Below, one piece after another: positions 1 through 9,608 of a stretch of DNA of 64,000 nucleotides; within the stretch, counting starts at the first letter, position 1; every line of letters begins with the position of its first letter. This DNA is from a virus, in the IMG/VR virus record IMGVR_UViG_3300015371_000008, positions 1-64,000 of that record, one strand, 5' to 3'. The notes under the pieces were generated by a model that worked only from the letters and a program-made list of their open reading frames with translations, was not told the DNA's origin and did not search any database. Position numbers and translations under genes: made by a program.

Positions 1-95
1 GCCGGGCGTCAGGGAAGGGTTACAGATCGGCATAGGTGGCTATCTGATAGGCCAGGTAGCCGACCGCAGGTCGAACTCCTGCTCGCCGATCTCGT

Positions 96-482
96 TCACG
101 GCGCCACCTCCAGCGGGCCGACGGCCGCCCATACCCGGCACAGCGGGATGTCGCATTCGCTCCAGTCCTTGCGGGACAAAATCGGCTGGGTGTCGGGGTC
201 GGCGTGGAAGCCGCCTGCGTATTGCCACAGGTCGCCGTGGCAGTCACGGAGATCGCGGCGGAGGTCCCAGACGATGCGACCGGTGGCGTCCTTCCACGTA
301 TCCGGGTCGCTCTCGCCATAGCCCTTCTGCATGTCGCAGTCGGGGTGTGGGGCGACATGCTCGGCGGCGCCCAGGGCGATGAGCAGGGCGCCGGTCATCG
401 ACGTATTGAGGTCGCCGTCCTGGTGGAGCTGACGAACAAGCGCGGCCGTATCGCGCAGCCGCATCTCAGTCACGACGCTCAC
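96..482 (-). CDS. hypothetical protein
   Basis: ORF track; overlaps upstream gene; GC3-rich codons. Confidence 0.7.
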   Translation of the reverse strand: MSVVTEMRLRDTAALVRQLHQDGDLNTSMTGALLIALGAAEHVAPHPDCDMQKGYGESDPDTWKDATGRIVWDLRRDLRDCHGDLWQYAGGFHADPDTQPILSRKDWSECDIPLCRVWAAVGPLEVAP

Positions 483-843
483 CTGCTTCTTCTTCCTGGG
501 CCCGCTGCGCCGTGGCGGCGGCTTCGCCGATAGACTGGACTTCGGCGAGCAGGTCGTGAGCGGCGTTTTTGACCGCGTCTACACCGCTTTTCCAGCCGAG
601 GTCGTACGCGGTCCTGGCGCGGCGCTCGGCCCATCCCCACAGGAGTGCGACGATGCCCGCCATGGCGAACGCGAACCCGGCCTCACGGTCGCCGGAGGTG
701 ACATGGCCGATGGTCAGGCCGACCATGACAGCGGCGACGGATGTAGCCAGACTTTCCAGGATGGCGGAGGCGAGGGGGCGATGCGCGAGGACGCGCCGCC
801 CGGTGTGGGCGACGCGCTCCGCGATCTGGTGAAACCTGTTCAC
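466..843 (-). CDS. hypothetical membrane protein
   Basis: Two hydrophobic segments; GTGA overlap with upstream stop. Confidence 0.7.
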   Translation of the reverse strand: MNRFHQIAERVAHTGRRVLAHRPLASAILESLATSVAAVMVGLTIGHVTSGDREAGFAFAMAGIVALLWGWAERRARTAYDLGWKSGVDAVKNAAHDLLAEVQSIGEAAATAQRAQEEEAGERRD

Positions 844-1715
844 AGGTTCTCGTATCCTTCCTCTGCGGCGATCTGCTCCTCATGTCTGGCCTGAAGTGCT
901 TCCTGGATCTGGTCGTACAGCACGTCCTCGCTTTCGCCGGTCAGCATGCAGAACGCCTTCTCCAGCCCCCGGACGTAGCCGCCCCGATCCTCAGACTGGC
1001 AAGAGTGGGAGGCGTCCAGGATTTCGGTGAACAGGCGCTGGCCCATCTCTGCGGAGACGCGGTGCTTCAGCGGGATGCGCACGTCGCCCTCGTAGGCGAA
1101 TACCTTCGAGTGATCGACGCCCCGGGCGGGGCTGAAGACGACCTGGAGGTTGACCACATGGCCACGCTGTCCGTCGCCAGTCTTCTCGACGACCGTGTGG
1201 TCTGCACCGTGCAGGGTGACTACGTCGCCCGACTTGACGTTGCGCATGGCAACGGTGGGGTAGGCGGCGGTCAGCTCGTGCATGTGCAGGGCGAACAGGT
1301 GCCGCAGCGCGGCGTCCTTGGTCTCCTGGTCGGCCTGCGCCACGGCGTCGTCTGCGGCGGTCCAGAGGTTTTCCGGGGCACCGTGGTTCCAGGGGGGGCC
1401 GACGGGGGTGGCGTTGAGAAGGCGGCGCACGGCGGAGGCGCCGTGCATGCGGCCCTGGGGGTCGGCGCCTCCGGGTTCGTCGCGGTGCAGCGGGGAGGTC
1501 GTCGGCGGGACCTGTATGCGGTAGTAGTCGTTGCCGGGGTATGCCTGGTTGTTCTGGGCGTCGCCGGGGCCGTAGTCGGCGCACTGCCAGCGGCCGTTGT
1601 GGTCGTGCACCCAGCGGCCGTAGCTGGGGCCGGTGATGTAGTGGATCGGCAGGCCACAGGTGGGTCTGGCGCAGGTGGCGTTGCGGGGGCTCTGGATGGG
1701 GGCCGGGTCGGGCAT
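840..1715 (-). CDS. hypothetical protein
   Basis: Start moved to MPDPAP after AGGAGG SD; N-terminal Cys/His motif. Confidence 0.75.
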   Translation of the reverse strand: MPDPAPIQSPRNATCARPTCGLPIHYITGPSYGRWVHDHNGRWQCADYGPGDAQNNQAYPGNDYYRIQVPPTTSPLHRDEPGGADPQGRMHGASAVRRLLNATPVGPPWNHGAPENLWTAADDAVAQADQETKDAALRHLFALHMHELTAAYPTVAMRNVKSGDVVTLHGADHTVVEKTGDGQRGHVVNLQVVFSPARGVDHSKVFAYEGDVRIPLKHRVSAEMGQRLFTEILDASHSCQSEDRGGYVRGLEKAFCMLTGESEDVLYDQIQEALQARHEEQIAAEEGYENL

Positions 1716-1766
1716 GTTTCCTCCTGTGGTGGTGTCGTGCCGCTCTATCGACACCACCACCATACA

Positions 1767-2138
1767 TCACGCGCTAAATGCCTGTACAGCTTTACTGGTG
1801 GACGCCTCAATCAATTCCGACCAGACACTCACAGACAGCAGCTCCCCAGCCGCCTCCACGCGCACGCGCACGACCCGAATGGAACAGTCCTGACACAGCC
1901 CGTACTCCACCAGGTAGGCGGCCGGGCCGATCGACTCCGCCTGGCCACGCCGCACTACGACGGCGGTGGGGTGGTCGCATTCCAATGGCTCCAGCGCGGC
2001 CGTCACCTCCCGGTAGGGGGCTCCGCCGCCGATCGGCGTGGTGATACCGCTGGCCTGGGTGACGTACATGACACGGTCGAGGTGCGCGATGGCGGCCTGG
2101 ATGTCGTCCGGCCGCCCGGTGACCCGGATGTGAACCAT
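1767..2138 (-). CDS. hypothetical protein
   Basis: MVHIRVTG start after GGAGG. Confidence 0.6.
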   Translation of the reverse strand: MVHIRVTGRPDDIQAAIAHLDRVMYVTQASGITTPIGGGAPYREVTAALEPLECDHPTAVVVRRGQAESIGPAAYLVEYGLCQDCSIRVVRVRVEAAGELLSVSVWSELIEASTSKAVQAFSA

Positions 2139-2641
2139 GGGGAAGTGTCCTCCGGCGGGTGTCGCAGGAGACTCGCGGCGTCTCCTGTACACATAGTGAC
2201 GCATGAGATCTCAAATGGTGATGCATGAGATCCAAAAACCTGGCCGGGAAAAGACGGCATCTTGGCCGTCTCCTCGGGCTCAAGGAAGCACTCCTCAGCG
2301 GGAATCCGCGCCCGGCTCCTAAAACACGCCAGCGGGGCCTGGTGAGGTTGCACCCTCTCCAGATCCCCGCCCGTACGTGCAACTGCCAGCGCGGCTGATG
2401 TGAAGTAGAGGCCCCGGGATCAGAAGTGCACCTGGACCGGGGTTCTACTGTCATCCACTCTAATTGATCCCCGTCGGGAGCGCTGCGCGAACAGAATGTT
2501 CCTCCAGGCACCCACCCTACCGGCCGGTAACTTGCGAGAACTTAGCATTCCCGCAAGTTCGCGACCGAGAGCACTGCTCCAGAAAACGAGCGGCCGACAC
2601 CCTGGCGCGAGCGTTGGTCGAATGGGATACTCCGGTTTCGA

Positions 2642-3313
2642 TCACCAGCCTGCGCGCCTCTGGTCTAGCCAGAGATCAACGGATCGTACGATCTTCTTCT
2701 GCTGGTCTCCCGGCCCCTCGATCAGATCAAGCAGCCACTCCTCGTCACCGTCTCGCAGTCGCCCACCCGCCTCTCCAAGACGCTTCATGGCGTAGGCCAG
2801 TCGATGCGCCGCCACCATCAGCGGATGGTCAGCCACAGCCCCCTTGCGCGAGAATGCGCCACCACCACGGCGGGCCACACGGTCCAGGTTCGCCGAAAGC
2901 GTCAGCCGCTCCCGGTGTTCCAGCACCTCTTCGACCCCGACAGAGAAGAGTCGGCCCAATGCCGTCCTTCGAGCCGCATGAGCTGGACCAACGAGGATGT
3001 CCCGTACGGTGGTGGTGTCCACGAGCACCTTCAAGGTCGCACCATCCGGGAAGTCGCGCAGACCCATCCGCAGGGCGTGCAGCTCGCAGACGTCCGTCCG
3101 CATACGACCCTCATGCGTAGCCAGCGCCGGGGGGCAGGTGAACCAACCGCCCGAGACACCGCCACTACCGTCCACCGTGCCGTAAGCGCCGATCAGCATC
3201 CGACTGGATACCGAACCGTCCACGGCCAACAGCCACTCGTCAAGATCCAGGGCGGCGGAATCAAGGTGTACCGTGCCCACGTCAGAGACATCGGGCGCTG
3301 AGGTGCCCATCAT
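2642..3313 (-). CDS. RNase HI-like protein
   Basis: AVDGS, CELHAL, VLVDT and HPLMVAAHRLA match RNase H motifs; last Asp replaced by His. Confidence 0.65.
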   Translation of the reverse strand: MMGTSAPDVSDVGTVHLDSAALDLDEWLLAVDGSVSSRMLIGAYGTVDGSGGVSGGWFTCPPALATHEGRMRTDVCELHALRMGLRDFPDGATLKVLVDTTTVRDILVGPAHAARRTALGRLFSVGVEEVLEHRERLTLSANLDRVARRGGGAFSRKGAVADHPLMVAAHRLAYAMKRLGEAGGRLRDGDEEWLLDLIEGPGDQQKKIVRSVDLWLDQRRAGW

Positions 3314-3372
3314 CCTCCTTGAAAGCCTGGCCCGCGATAAGCGGTGTTATCACGGGTCAGGCGACTGATGAC

Positions 3373-3795
3373 CTAGAGATTCTTGAGCGCCACAGCCAGG
3401 GGCTCGCGAGAGTTGGGGATGAGGTCGAGGTCGAGAACCTCGTCCTTGGGGACCCACCTGTAGCCGTCGATGAAGTCGCCCGGCCCGTGGCGGCTCATGT
3501 CCACCTCGTCGCCGCCCGCCTCGCAGAGTCGGGCAACGGCCACCACCGTCGGGCTGTCGGGCTGATTTCCGAGACGCCATGACCAGACGGCCAGCGGGCG
3601 TCCAGGGGACACCTCCAGGCCCACCTCCTCGTACACCTCCCGGATAAGTGCTTCGTCTGGCGTTTCGCCGTTCTGCATGCGTCCGCCCGGCAGCTCCCAT
3701 CGACCCGGTTGATGCGGGTCGTCCATGCTCTTTCTGACCAGCAGCAGCTTGCCTTGCCACTGGATTACGGCCTTCTGCGCGAATTGCACGTACAT
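3373..3795 (-). CDS. Nudix hydrolase
   Basis: Nudix box GGRMQNGETPDEALIREVYEEVGL. Confidence 0.92.
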   Translation of the reverse strand: MYVQFAQKAVIQWQGKLLLVRKSMDDPHQPGRWELPGGRMQNGETPDEALIREVYEEVGLEVSPGRPLAVWSWRLGNQPDSPTVVAVARLCEAGGDEVDMSRHGPGDFIDGYRWVPKDEVLDLDLIPNSREPLAVALKNL

Positions 3796-3836
3796 GGATC
3801 CCCTTCTTCGGCGGGGGGTTATTGTCCGCCCTCAGG

Positions 3837-4340
3837 TCATCCTTTCCGGCTGTAGTAGCGGGCTGCGATGATGAAGGCGATGGTGTGGGTTACCAGGGCG
3901 GCGTTGGAGATGCCGAGTCCCAGGGCCAGCCAGTCGCCGTCGTCGGTGATGGTGGCTCCCGCCAGGGACGCGAACTCCGCACCGAAGATCGCGAAAAGCA
4001 CGGGGATGACCATGGCGACCACTCCGGCGAGGAATCCCGCCTTGTCCTGGAGGCGACTCTGGCGTTCGTCCTGCCACGGCCCGCCTTCGGCAATCATGGC
4101 GGCATCGCTCCTCGGCGGCTTCTTGCGGAGCAGCCGGATTATGAAGTAGGCGTTACGGGCGAGGAGGGGGATAGCGAGCGCGCCGAGCATCGAGATGCGG
4201 ACGTCCCAGGAGGCGTCACTGGCGATGCTGTAGCCGACGATGACCATCCCCGCGACCCAGAGCAGGATCAGGGCCAGGTTGCCGAGGCGGTAGGCGGCGG
4301 CACCGTCAGCTTCCGGTGCCGTTGACGCTGTGGTCTTCAT
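3837..4340 (-). CDS. four-TM membrane protein co-transcribed with XRE regulator
   Basis: Hydrophobic helices and DERQ motif typical of XRE-linked membrane proteins. Confidence 0.7.
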   Translation of the reverse strand: MKTTASTAPEADGAAAYRLGNLALILLWVAGMVIVGYSIASDASWDVRISMLGALAIPLLARNAYFIIRLLRKKPPRSDAAMIAEGGPWQDERQSRLQDKAGFLAGVVAMVIPVLFAIFGAEFASLAGATITDDGDWLALGLGISNAALVTHTIAFIIAARYYSRKG

Positions 4341-4524
4341 AGAAGATCTCCCGAAGGTCGATGACGCCGAAAAGGTCTGCGATCTTGAGCGCCAGTGGCA
4401 GGGACGGGTTATATCGGCCCTGCTCGATGGAGATGATCGTCTGACGGCTCACGCCGAGTTTCTCGGCCAGGTTCTCCTGGCTCATGTCGCTTCCTTTGCG
4501 GAGCTGTTCGAGGTTGTTCCGCAT
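4306..4524 (-). CDS. XRE-family HTH regulator (leaderless)
   Basis: SQENLAEKLGVSRQTIISIEQGRYNPSLPLA; ATG 7 nt after -10. Confidence 0.92.
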   Translation of the reverse strand: MRNNLEQLRKGSDMSQENLAEKLGVSRQTIISIEQGRYNPSLPLALKIADLFGVIDLREIFYEDHSVNGTGS

Positions 4525-4531
4525 GTCGAGT

Positions 4532-4578
4532 AGCGTATGTAAAGGTCCCTTGACTGTCAAGGTCGCTTTACATACGCT
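4532..4578. promoter_or_regulatory. symmetric back-to-back sigma70 promoters with two probable XRE operators
   Basis: Minus TTGACA-17-TACGCT and plus TTGACT-17-TACGCT in one inverted repeat; two TGT(A/C)AAG-N4-CTT(T/G)AC boxes. Confidence 0.8.
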
Positions 4579-4716
4579 CGCTGTGTGTCGATGATTGTTC
4601 GAAGGTGTTTCGATCCGTCCAACCCCCCGGCGCCACCCCCGGCGCGCACGGCATCATAGACACACACCCGATTTCCGATCCCGGCAGAGCGAACCGGGAA
4701 CCACCAGGAGACCCCC

Positions 4717-5310
4717 ATGACCATGGCCAGCGACAGCGGCAAGCAGCCCGGCATTCTGATGGCCATCGGCCACTACCTGGACCCGGTATGGCCCCCCGCC
4801 ATGGTGGCGTCCGGCGTAGCGTCCACCCTCATCCCCTCCGGCTCCGCACTGTCGTGGACATTCAGCGCCGCCTACTTCGCCGTCTTCTTCGGCGCCCTGG
4901 CCTGCGACCTCTTCGTCCACATGGGGAACCTATGCGAGCGGTGCATCCGAGCCATCCCCCTGGATCCACAGGCCGCCATCGAACGCGACCGCATGTGGTT
5001 GAAGCTCTTCCACCGAACCTCCAGCCAGATCTGGGTGCACATCCGGTCCGTCCGTGTTCCGGTACCGAACAAACTCCTCGCCCTCATGCTGCTCGGAACG
5101 GCCGTCCTTACCGCGATCCGGCTCACCTTCGACCCCGGCGAGCAGGCGCTGAAGTTCGTCGCCCTGCTCACATGGACCACCCCTCTTGCCAGCATTTTCT
5201 GGGCAACCTACCGGCACAACCGGCTTCAGCCATGGTGCCCGTTCTGCCCACGTGACGACGGCGACGACAGGGTGGAGGCTCCGGAACCTGACCCGTCGAT
5301 CAGCAGTTAG
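4717..5310 (+). CDS. membrane protein with His/Cys motifs
   Basis: AGGAG SD, TM helices, HxxxLCERC and [11 protein letters not shown]. Confidence 0.75.
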   Translation: MTMASDSGKQPGILMAIGHYLDPVWPPAMVASGVASTLIPSGSALSWTFSAAYFAVFFGALACDLFVHMGNLCERCIRAIPLDPQAAIERDRMWLKLFHRTSSQIWVHIRSVRVPVPNKLLALMLLGTAVLTAIRLTFDPGEQALKFVALLTWTTPLASIFWATYRHNRLQPWCPFCPRDDGDDRVEAPEPDPSISS

Positions 5311-5947
5311 CCCGCGACGGACCCCCGGAACCCCTTCCAGTTGCTTTACCGGGTATCCTCAGCGTCGGTCGGCTGGGCCCTCGCCAGTCGGAATCCAGGA
5401 ACGAGCGTGACTCCACCGGCCCATGCTGCCCCTGATATCGCGATCCCAGACCTGGGCTTCCGTACGGCCGGGCGGCAGGCGACGACATCCGCATGAAGCA
5501 GAGCTGACCCACCTTCATCCCCGGGTGCAGCAGGATCGGCAGGGCGGCCACGTTCGACAGCTCCAGGGTGATGCGGCCGGTGAAGCCGGGGTCGATGAAT
5601 CCGGCCGTGGAATGGGTCAGCAGCCCCAACCGGCCGAGCGACGATTTCCCCTCCAGGCGGGCGGCCAGGTCGTCGGGCAGCGTCACCTCCTCCATGGTGG
5701 AGGCCAGCACGAATTCGCCCGGGTGCAGCACGAACGGCTGACCGTTGCCGACGCGCACCAGCCTGGTCAGATCAGGTTGGTCGGTCGCCGGGTCGATGGC
5801 CGGGTGCCGGTGGGTCTCGAACACCCGGAACAACCGGCTCAGCCGAACATCCACACTCGCCGGTTGGATCATGGCCGGGTCGTACGGGTCGATCCCGAGT
5901 GCGCCCGTATCCAGGCACATCTTGATGTCGGCATCCGACAGCAGCAC
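5300..5947 (-). CDS. dcd: dCTP deaminase
   Basis: [45 protein letters not shown]. Confidence 0.96.
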   Translation of the reverse strand: MLLSDADIKMCLDTGALGIDPYDPAMIQPASVDVRLSRLFRVFETHRHPAIDPATDQPDLTRLVRVGNGQPFVLHPGEFVLASTMEEVTLPDDLAARLEGKSSLGRLGLLTHSTAGFIDPGFTGRITLELSNVAALPILLHPGMKVGQLCFMRMSSPAARPYGSPGLGSRYQGQHGPVESRSFLDSDWRGPSRPTLRIPGKATGRGSGGPSRANC

Positions 5948-5964
5948 AGCTTCCCCTCGATCTA

Positions 5965-6441
5965 TCAGCGTGCCGGTAGCGGCGGCACGGCCTGCTGCGG
6001 CACGAACCATGACGGCCGCCGCCCGCCCGGGTTGCGCATCCACTCCGGCCGTCGCGCCGCCCGGCCCTGCATCGCGCCGACCACCCGGAAGGTCGGAGGG
6101 TCGGCGATGACCAGCACGTACCAGCGGTCTTCCGGGTCGTTGTCTCGGACGATCAGGCAGCCGTCGGCGCGGGGGGTGGCCCGGATCTCCCAGGCGCGGC
6201 CCGCGTCCGGCTTGCCGTGGAAGGTGTTGACGGAGCCGTCCCAGTACAGCGACCGCACCTTGCAGAATGCCCGCTCCGCGCACGCCCCGTAAATCTCGTC
6301 GGCCAGACGCTCCATCCAGGAGCGCGGGCTGCCGGTGGATTGGTGCGGGTCCAGGTTCTGCAACCCGGAGGTGGCGAACCGGAGGAGGCCGACATGGGCG
6401 GCGCCCAGGAACTCGTACCAGTTCAGCCGGACCTCGCTCAC
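5965..6441 (-). CDS. hypothetical protein, possible PD-(D/E)XK-like fold
   Basis: GACAE...PDAG...WEIRAT pattern. Confidence 0.6.
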   Translation of the reverse strand: MSEVRLNWYEFLGAAHVGLLRFATSGLQNLDPHQSTGSPRSWMERLADEIYGACAERAFCKVRSLYWDGSVNTFHGKPDAGRAWEIRATPRADGCLIVRDNDPEDRWYVLVIADPPTFRVVGAMQGRAARRPEWMRNPGGRRPSWFVPQQAVPPLPAR

Positions 6442-6965
6442 CCGGGGAAGGACCTGCCGGGCAGCAGGGGAGGAGGCGGCGGCATCGCGGCGACGTCGTC
6501 CTGGATCGCCAGTTTGAACTCCGCCAACGTGATGTTCAGGGGGGACGACCCGGAATGCTTGATCATCAACCCGATCGGTGTGTTCGGAAACACGAAAATC
6601 TCATGCGCATAGTGCCGGTACTGGCCGCCCGGCGTCGGGCTGTCGTCCACCGTAGCCGTGGAGTCGGCGCCGGTGGTCAGGTTGAGGGGGTCACGGACGA
6701 ACTGGGCCCGGTACTCCGTGGAGCTACCGGCGGCCCAGAACACCATCGCCGTCAGGCTGCCCCACCCAGCCGTGATCGGCCAGATCAGCCCTGAGCGGGC
6801 GTCGGGATAGGTGGAGGCTCCACCCACGGGCTGGGCGGCGGGGTGCATGTTGTGCGGGTCGAACGACTCGGCCGCGCCGTACGGGAAACGCACCAGGTAG
6901 TAGTCGCCGCTGACCGGCACCACCTGCGGATCCACGACCTTCAGGGAGCAGACGTTAAGTGTCAC
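6438..6965 (-). CDS. hypothetical protein, probably virion-associated
   Basis: Beta-rich ORF, leaderless behind class II promoter. Confidence 0.65.
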   Translation of the reverse strand: MTLNVCSLKVVDPQVVPVSGDYYLVRFPYGAAESFDPHNMHPAAQPVGGASTYPDARSGLIWPITAGWGSLTAMVFWAAGSSTEYRAQFVRDPLNLTTGADSTATVDDSPTPGGQYRHYAHEIFVFPNTPIGLMIKHSGSSPLNITLAEFKLAIQDDVAAMPPPPPLLPGRSFPG

Positions 6966-6971
6966 CCGCCC

Positions 6972-7002
6972 AGGGTGGTAGGCAGCGGCCGGTAGCGTCG
7001 CG
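6972..7002 (-). promoter_or_regulatory. class II (putative late) promoter
   Basis: CGCGAC-N19-CACCCT-N6-GTG. Confidence 0.75.
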
Positions 7003-7272
7003 GTCTAACCGCATCATCCTTTCGCTGACTCAACCGTGGAAGAAGACGATCACGCCGGTTGCTGCGGTGGCACCTGCTACATTGATGCGCGGAGCGTCGT
7101 TGCCCGAAATGCCGAACCCCGGGGAACTTCCCAGGCTTTGCCGGGGCGTACTGAAACATCTGATGGCAGCCTTATCAAGGGCAAAAGTAGTAAGACCCGC
7201 GATTGACTGCTAATTGGACTAATAGGGAAAACTCGTCGTCTGGGCGGGCAACGGCGCTCCGCCTTCTTTTCG

Positions 7273-7346
7273 AAGCCTGAGGGGGGATCGAACCCCTGAA
7301 CCGACGGCTTTGCAGGCCGCCTCCCGCGCCAGCGAGAACCCAGGCT
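7273..7346 (-). tRNA. tRNA-Cys(GCA)
   Basis: Cloverleaf, loop CTGCAAA, U73. Confidence 0.85.
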
Positions 7347-7569
7347 ATGTATTCAGACGTATGGCTGCCGCCCATACGATCAGGAGGACCAGGGCCGCCA
7401 ATTTGATGAACGTCCACACGCCGCGCTTGGCGTCCTGCTCCATTTTCGGAAGTGCGGCCAGAGTACCCTGCCATCTGCGCCACAGGTCCAACATCACCTG
7501 GAATCGTCTGCCGACGATGAATAGCATCATTCCGACGATGATGAGCAGCAGGACCCATTTGTGTGCCAA
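7345..7569 (-). CDS. small membrane protein
   Basis: Two hydrophobic helices, GGGAG SD. Confidence 0.6.
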   Translation of the reverse strand: MAHKWVLLLIIVGMMLFIVGRRFQVMLDLWRRWQGTLAALPKMEQDAKRGVWTFIKLAALVLLIVWAAAIRLNT

Positions 7570-7651
7570 GTCTCACTCCCGCAGGTCAGAGGACTGCAAA
7601 GCGCCTCCGCCAACGTACGCGCGGACGTCTCCGAATGTGGGGCGTTCAGTG

Positions 7652-7798
7652 TCATCGGGTCGCGTCGAATCGTACGGCGCCGCCCGGCTGCGACTGCTCC
7701 AGGTCCACCACGGCAGCCAGAAATCCGGCGGCGTCCAACTCTCCTCGCTGCAACCGCGCGACCAGATCGGACGCGTCCAGAATCACCACTTCGTTCAT
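7652..7798 (-). CDS. 48-aa hypothetical protein abutting tRNA-Tyr 3' end
   Basis: MNEVVILDASDLVARLQRGELDAAGFLAAVV..., GC3-rich; below ORF track cutoff. Confidence 0.5.
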   Translation of the reverse strand: MNEVVILDASDLVARLQRGELDAAGFLAAVVDLEQSQPGGAVRFDATR

Positions 7799-7799
7799 G

Positions 7800-7883
7800 T
7801 GCGCCAGGAGAGATTCGAACTCCCAATGCCCGGAAGGGCCACAGCTTTACAGGCTGCTGAGCGACCAACTGCTCAACTGACGC
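7800..7883 (-). tRNA. tRNA-Tyr(GTA)
   Basis: Loop CTGTAAA, long variable arm. Confidence 0.92.
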
Positions 7884-7884
7884 T

Positions 7885-7972
7885 TGGGGTGACCGACGGG
7901 ACTCGAACCCGCATGAACCTTTCGGCTCCGGGGGTTCACAGCCCCCTTCCTCAACCAATTCGGATCGGTCAC
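7885..7972 (-). tRNA. tRNA-His(GTG) with long variable arm
   Basis: Loop CTGTGAA, C73, encoded CCA. Confidence 0.88.
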
Positions 7973-7974
7973 AG

Positions 7975-8046
7975 TCGGCCTGGAGGGAATCGAACCCACA
8001 CCTGATCTTTAGGAGAGATCTGCTCGGTCCTTCGAGCTACAGGCCG
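7975..8046 (-). tRNA. tRNA-Arg(CCT)
   Basis: Loop CTCCTAA. Confidence 0.85.
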
Positions 8047-8055
8047 TGCCGCCGG

Positions 8056-8397
8056 TTACTTCGCCAGGCGGCTCGCGGTACGCCGCGCCGCTTCCGCCGA
8101 GTCGGGCGACGCCCTGAACACGTTGACCTCGTAGACGTCAACCTGCTCACCCAGCACCGGGAGCGTCTCCAACGTCCGCACCGTGGCGACGCCCGCATCA
8201 CGCGCTTCGACGACGAAGGTCGCTTGCACCGCCGTATTGGCGGGGTCTCCCACCCAGGTCAGGTGCATAACGTTCGGCACCACGTCCCTGCCGGGGGGCA
8301 GAGACGACAGCCTGGTGCGCGCCTCCTCCGCATCCGCCTTCGTCGCGAAGCCCCCCAGGATCAGTTTGACGTGCCAATTCTGCATGTCAGTCACCAC
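8056..8397 (-). CDS. hypothetical protein
   Basis: ORF track; overlaps upstream stop. Confidence 0.65.
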   Translation of the reverse strand: MVTDMQNWHVKLILGGFATKADAEEARTRLSSLPPGRDVVPNVMHLTWVGDPANTAVQATFVVEARDAGVATVRTLETLPVLGEQVDVYEVNVFRASPDSAEAARRTASRLAK

Positions 8398-8549
8398 CCA
8401 TTCCCTCGCAAGATCTTGGCGCGTTCCTCGCTCCGCCGCAGCGCCTTGAAGCCGTACTTGTCGTCTTCCGCCACGGCCCTCTGGCGGCGCCAGATCTTCG
8501 GAGCCTTCTTCGGCTTGTCGTCCTCGCTCGCGCTCTTGCCGAATCCCAT
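8391..8549 (-). CDS. small basic hypothetical protein
   Basis: MGFGKSAS after AGGAGG and GAGCGAC leader. Confidence 0.65.
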   Translation of the reverse strand: MGFGKSASEDDKPKKAPKIWRRQRAVAEDDKYGFKALRRSEERAKILRGNGW

Positions 8550-8580
8550 GCGTTCCTCCTGTGGTTGTGTCGCTCTGACG

Positions 8581-8651
8581 TACCCGGTGAGGGAGTCGAA
8601 CCCCCGCCTTCGCCTTGTAAGGGCGTTGCTCTCCCGTTGAGCTAACCGGGC
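8581..8651 (-). tRNA. tRNA-Val(TAC)
   Basis: Loop CTTACAA. Confidence 0.92.
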
Positions 8652-8668
8652 TTGACCATACACCAAAC

Positions 8669-8697
8669 AGCGTACAGTCATTTAGCGTTCAAGTCTA
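8669..8697 (-). promoter_or_regulatory. class I promoter with CGCTAAATG box
   Basis: TAGACT-17-TACGCT. Confidence 0.7.
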
Positions 8698-9129
8698 GGT
8701 TGTTTTGTGATCGTGACCGCAACCGCTGACCAGCGGCGGCACCTGAACGCGGACGACTTGTTCTCGATCGCCATAGCGGATCTGGATGAGTTCGTTCAGC
8801 GATGCCTTACCGGCCCGCTTCGACGCCTTGTCCTCGCCGAGCAGGACGGCGGCCAGTTCGTCAAAGGTCTGATTGACGCGGGCGACCGCGTGACGCATCG
8901 CCGCTTCGGTCGCATCCGCCAGCTTGGCGACTTCGGCCTTCAGCCGGTCGTTGACCGCCTGGTCGGTGAGCTGGGGGATGCGGTCGATGAGCGCTTGCAG
9001 CGCCTTGCGTTCGGCGATCATATCCTTCAGGACGCCCCTGGCCTCACTAGTCGCCTCCCGCAGGCTCTCCTCTGTCGTGATTGCCGATGAGATGTCGTCT
9101 GGCCGCTGCTGACGGCGTTTGGTTCCCAT
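8695..9129 (-). CDS. coiled-coil hypothetical protein
   Basis: Helical ORF; ATG directly after tRNA-Val(GAC). Confidence 0.65.
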   Translation of the reverse strand: MGTKRRQQRPDDISSAITTEESLREATSEARGVLKDMIAERKALQALIDRIPQLTDQAVNDRLKAEVAKLADATEAAMRHAVARVNQTFDELAAVLLGEDKASKRAGKASLNELIQIRYGDREQVVRVQVPPLVSGCGHDHKTT

Positions 9130-9130
9130 G

Positions 9131-9203
9131 TAGTCGCGGCAGGATTTGAACCTGCGACCTTCGCTGTGTCGAAGCGGTGCTCTACCAGCTGAGCTACACG
9201 ACC
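9131..9203 (-). tRNA. tRNA-Val(GAC)
   Basis: Loop TCGACAC (C33). Confidence 0.88.
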
Positions 9204-9208
9204 TTTTG

Positions 9209-9344
9209 TGGTCGAACCCGGATCCCGGCATGCAGGGTAGTCCCTTGCGTTCCCTGTCTGCCGTCGGCGGGCCCGGCCGGTCGGCCCAGGCTTTCAGGGG
9301 GCGATACAGCCGTGGGTATCGCTAGGTTGGTCCGGGTTCGACCA
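9209..9344 (-). ncRNA. putative stem-closed structured spacer RNA
   Basis: 14-bp terminal stem TGGTCGAACCCGGA/TCCGGGTTCGACCA with internal hairpins between two tRNAs. Confidence 0.5.
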
Positions 9345-9345
9345 G

Positions 9346-9418
9346 CACCGGTGGGAGGGTTCGAACCCCCGGCCTTCCGCTTTGGAGGCGGCTGCTCTAC
9401 CAACTGAGCTACACCGAT
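9346..9418 (-). tRNA. tRNA-Trp(CCA)
   Basis: Loop CTCCAAA. Confidence 0.92.
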
Positions 9419-9524
9419 CGGGCGCGAGTGAGGTATCGCGCAGCTTTTTGCAGGACTTCCGGATCATCGCTCCTGACGATGAAGGCCGACGCCTGAGACG
9501 GGATCCAGGCGTCGGCCCGCTGAG

Positions 9525-9598
9525 TGGCGGGGGCAGGATTTGAACCTGCGACCTCTGGGTTATGAGCCCAGCAAGCTACCGAACTGCTCCACCCCGCT
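9525..9598 (-). tRNA. initiator tRNA-fMet(CAT)
   Basis: 1:72 mismatch, GGG/CCC anticodon stem. Confidence 0.93.
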
Positions 9599-9608
9599 AC
9601 GTCCCATC

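Noticed and set aside
2204-2640. Intergenic gap with inverted repeat at about 2529-2559 as origin or attP
   Set aside because: No iterons, AT-rich unwinding element or adjacent integrase to support it
7140-7200. Hammerhead-like CTGATG...AAAA in an AT-richer patch
   Set aside because: Core lacks CUGANGA and GAAA; stems not convincing
7859-7869. tRNA-Tyr D arm GTTGGTCGCTC complementary to the leader motif
   Set aside because: Explained by normal D-stem and D-loop consensus
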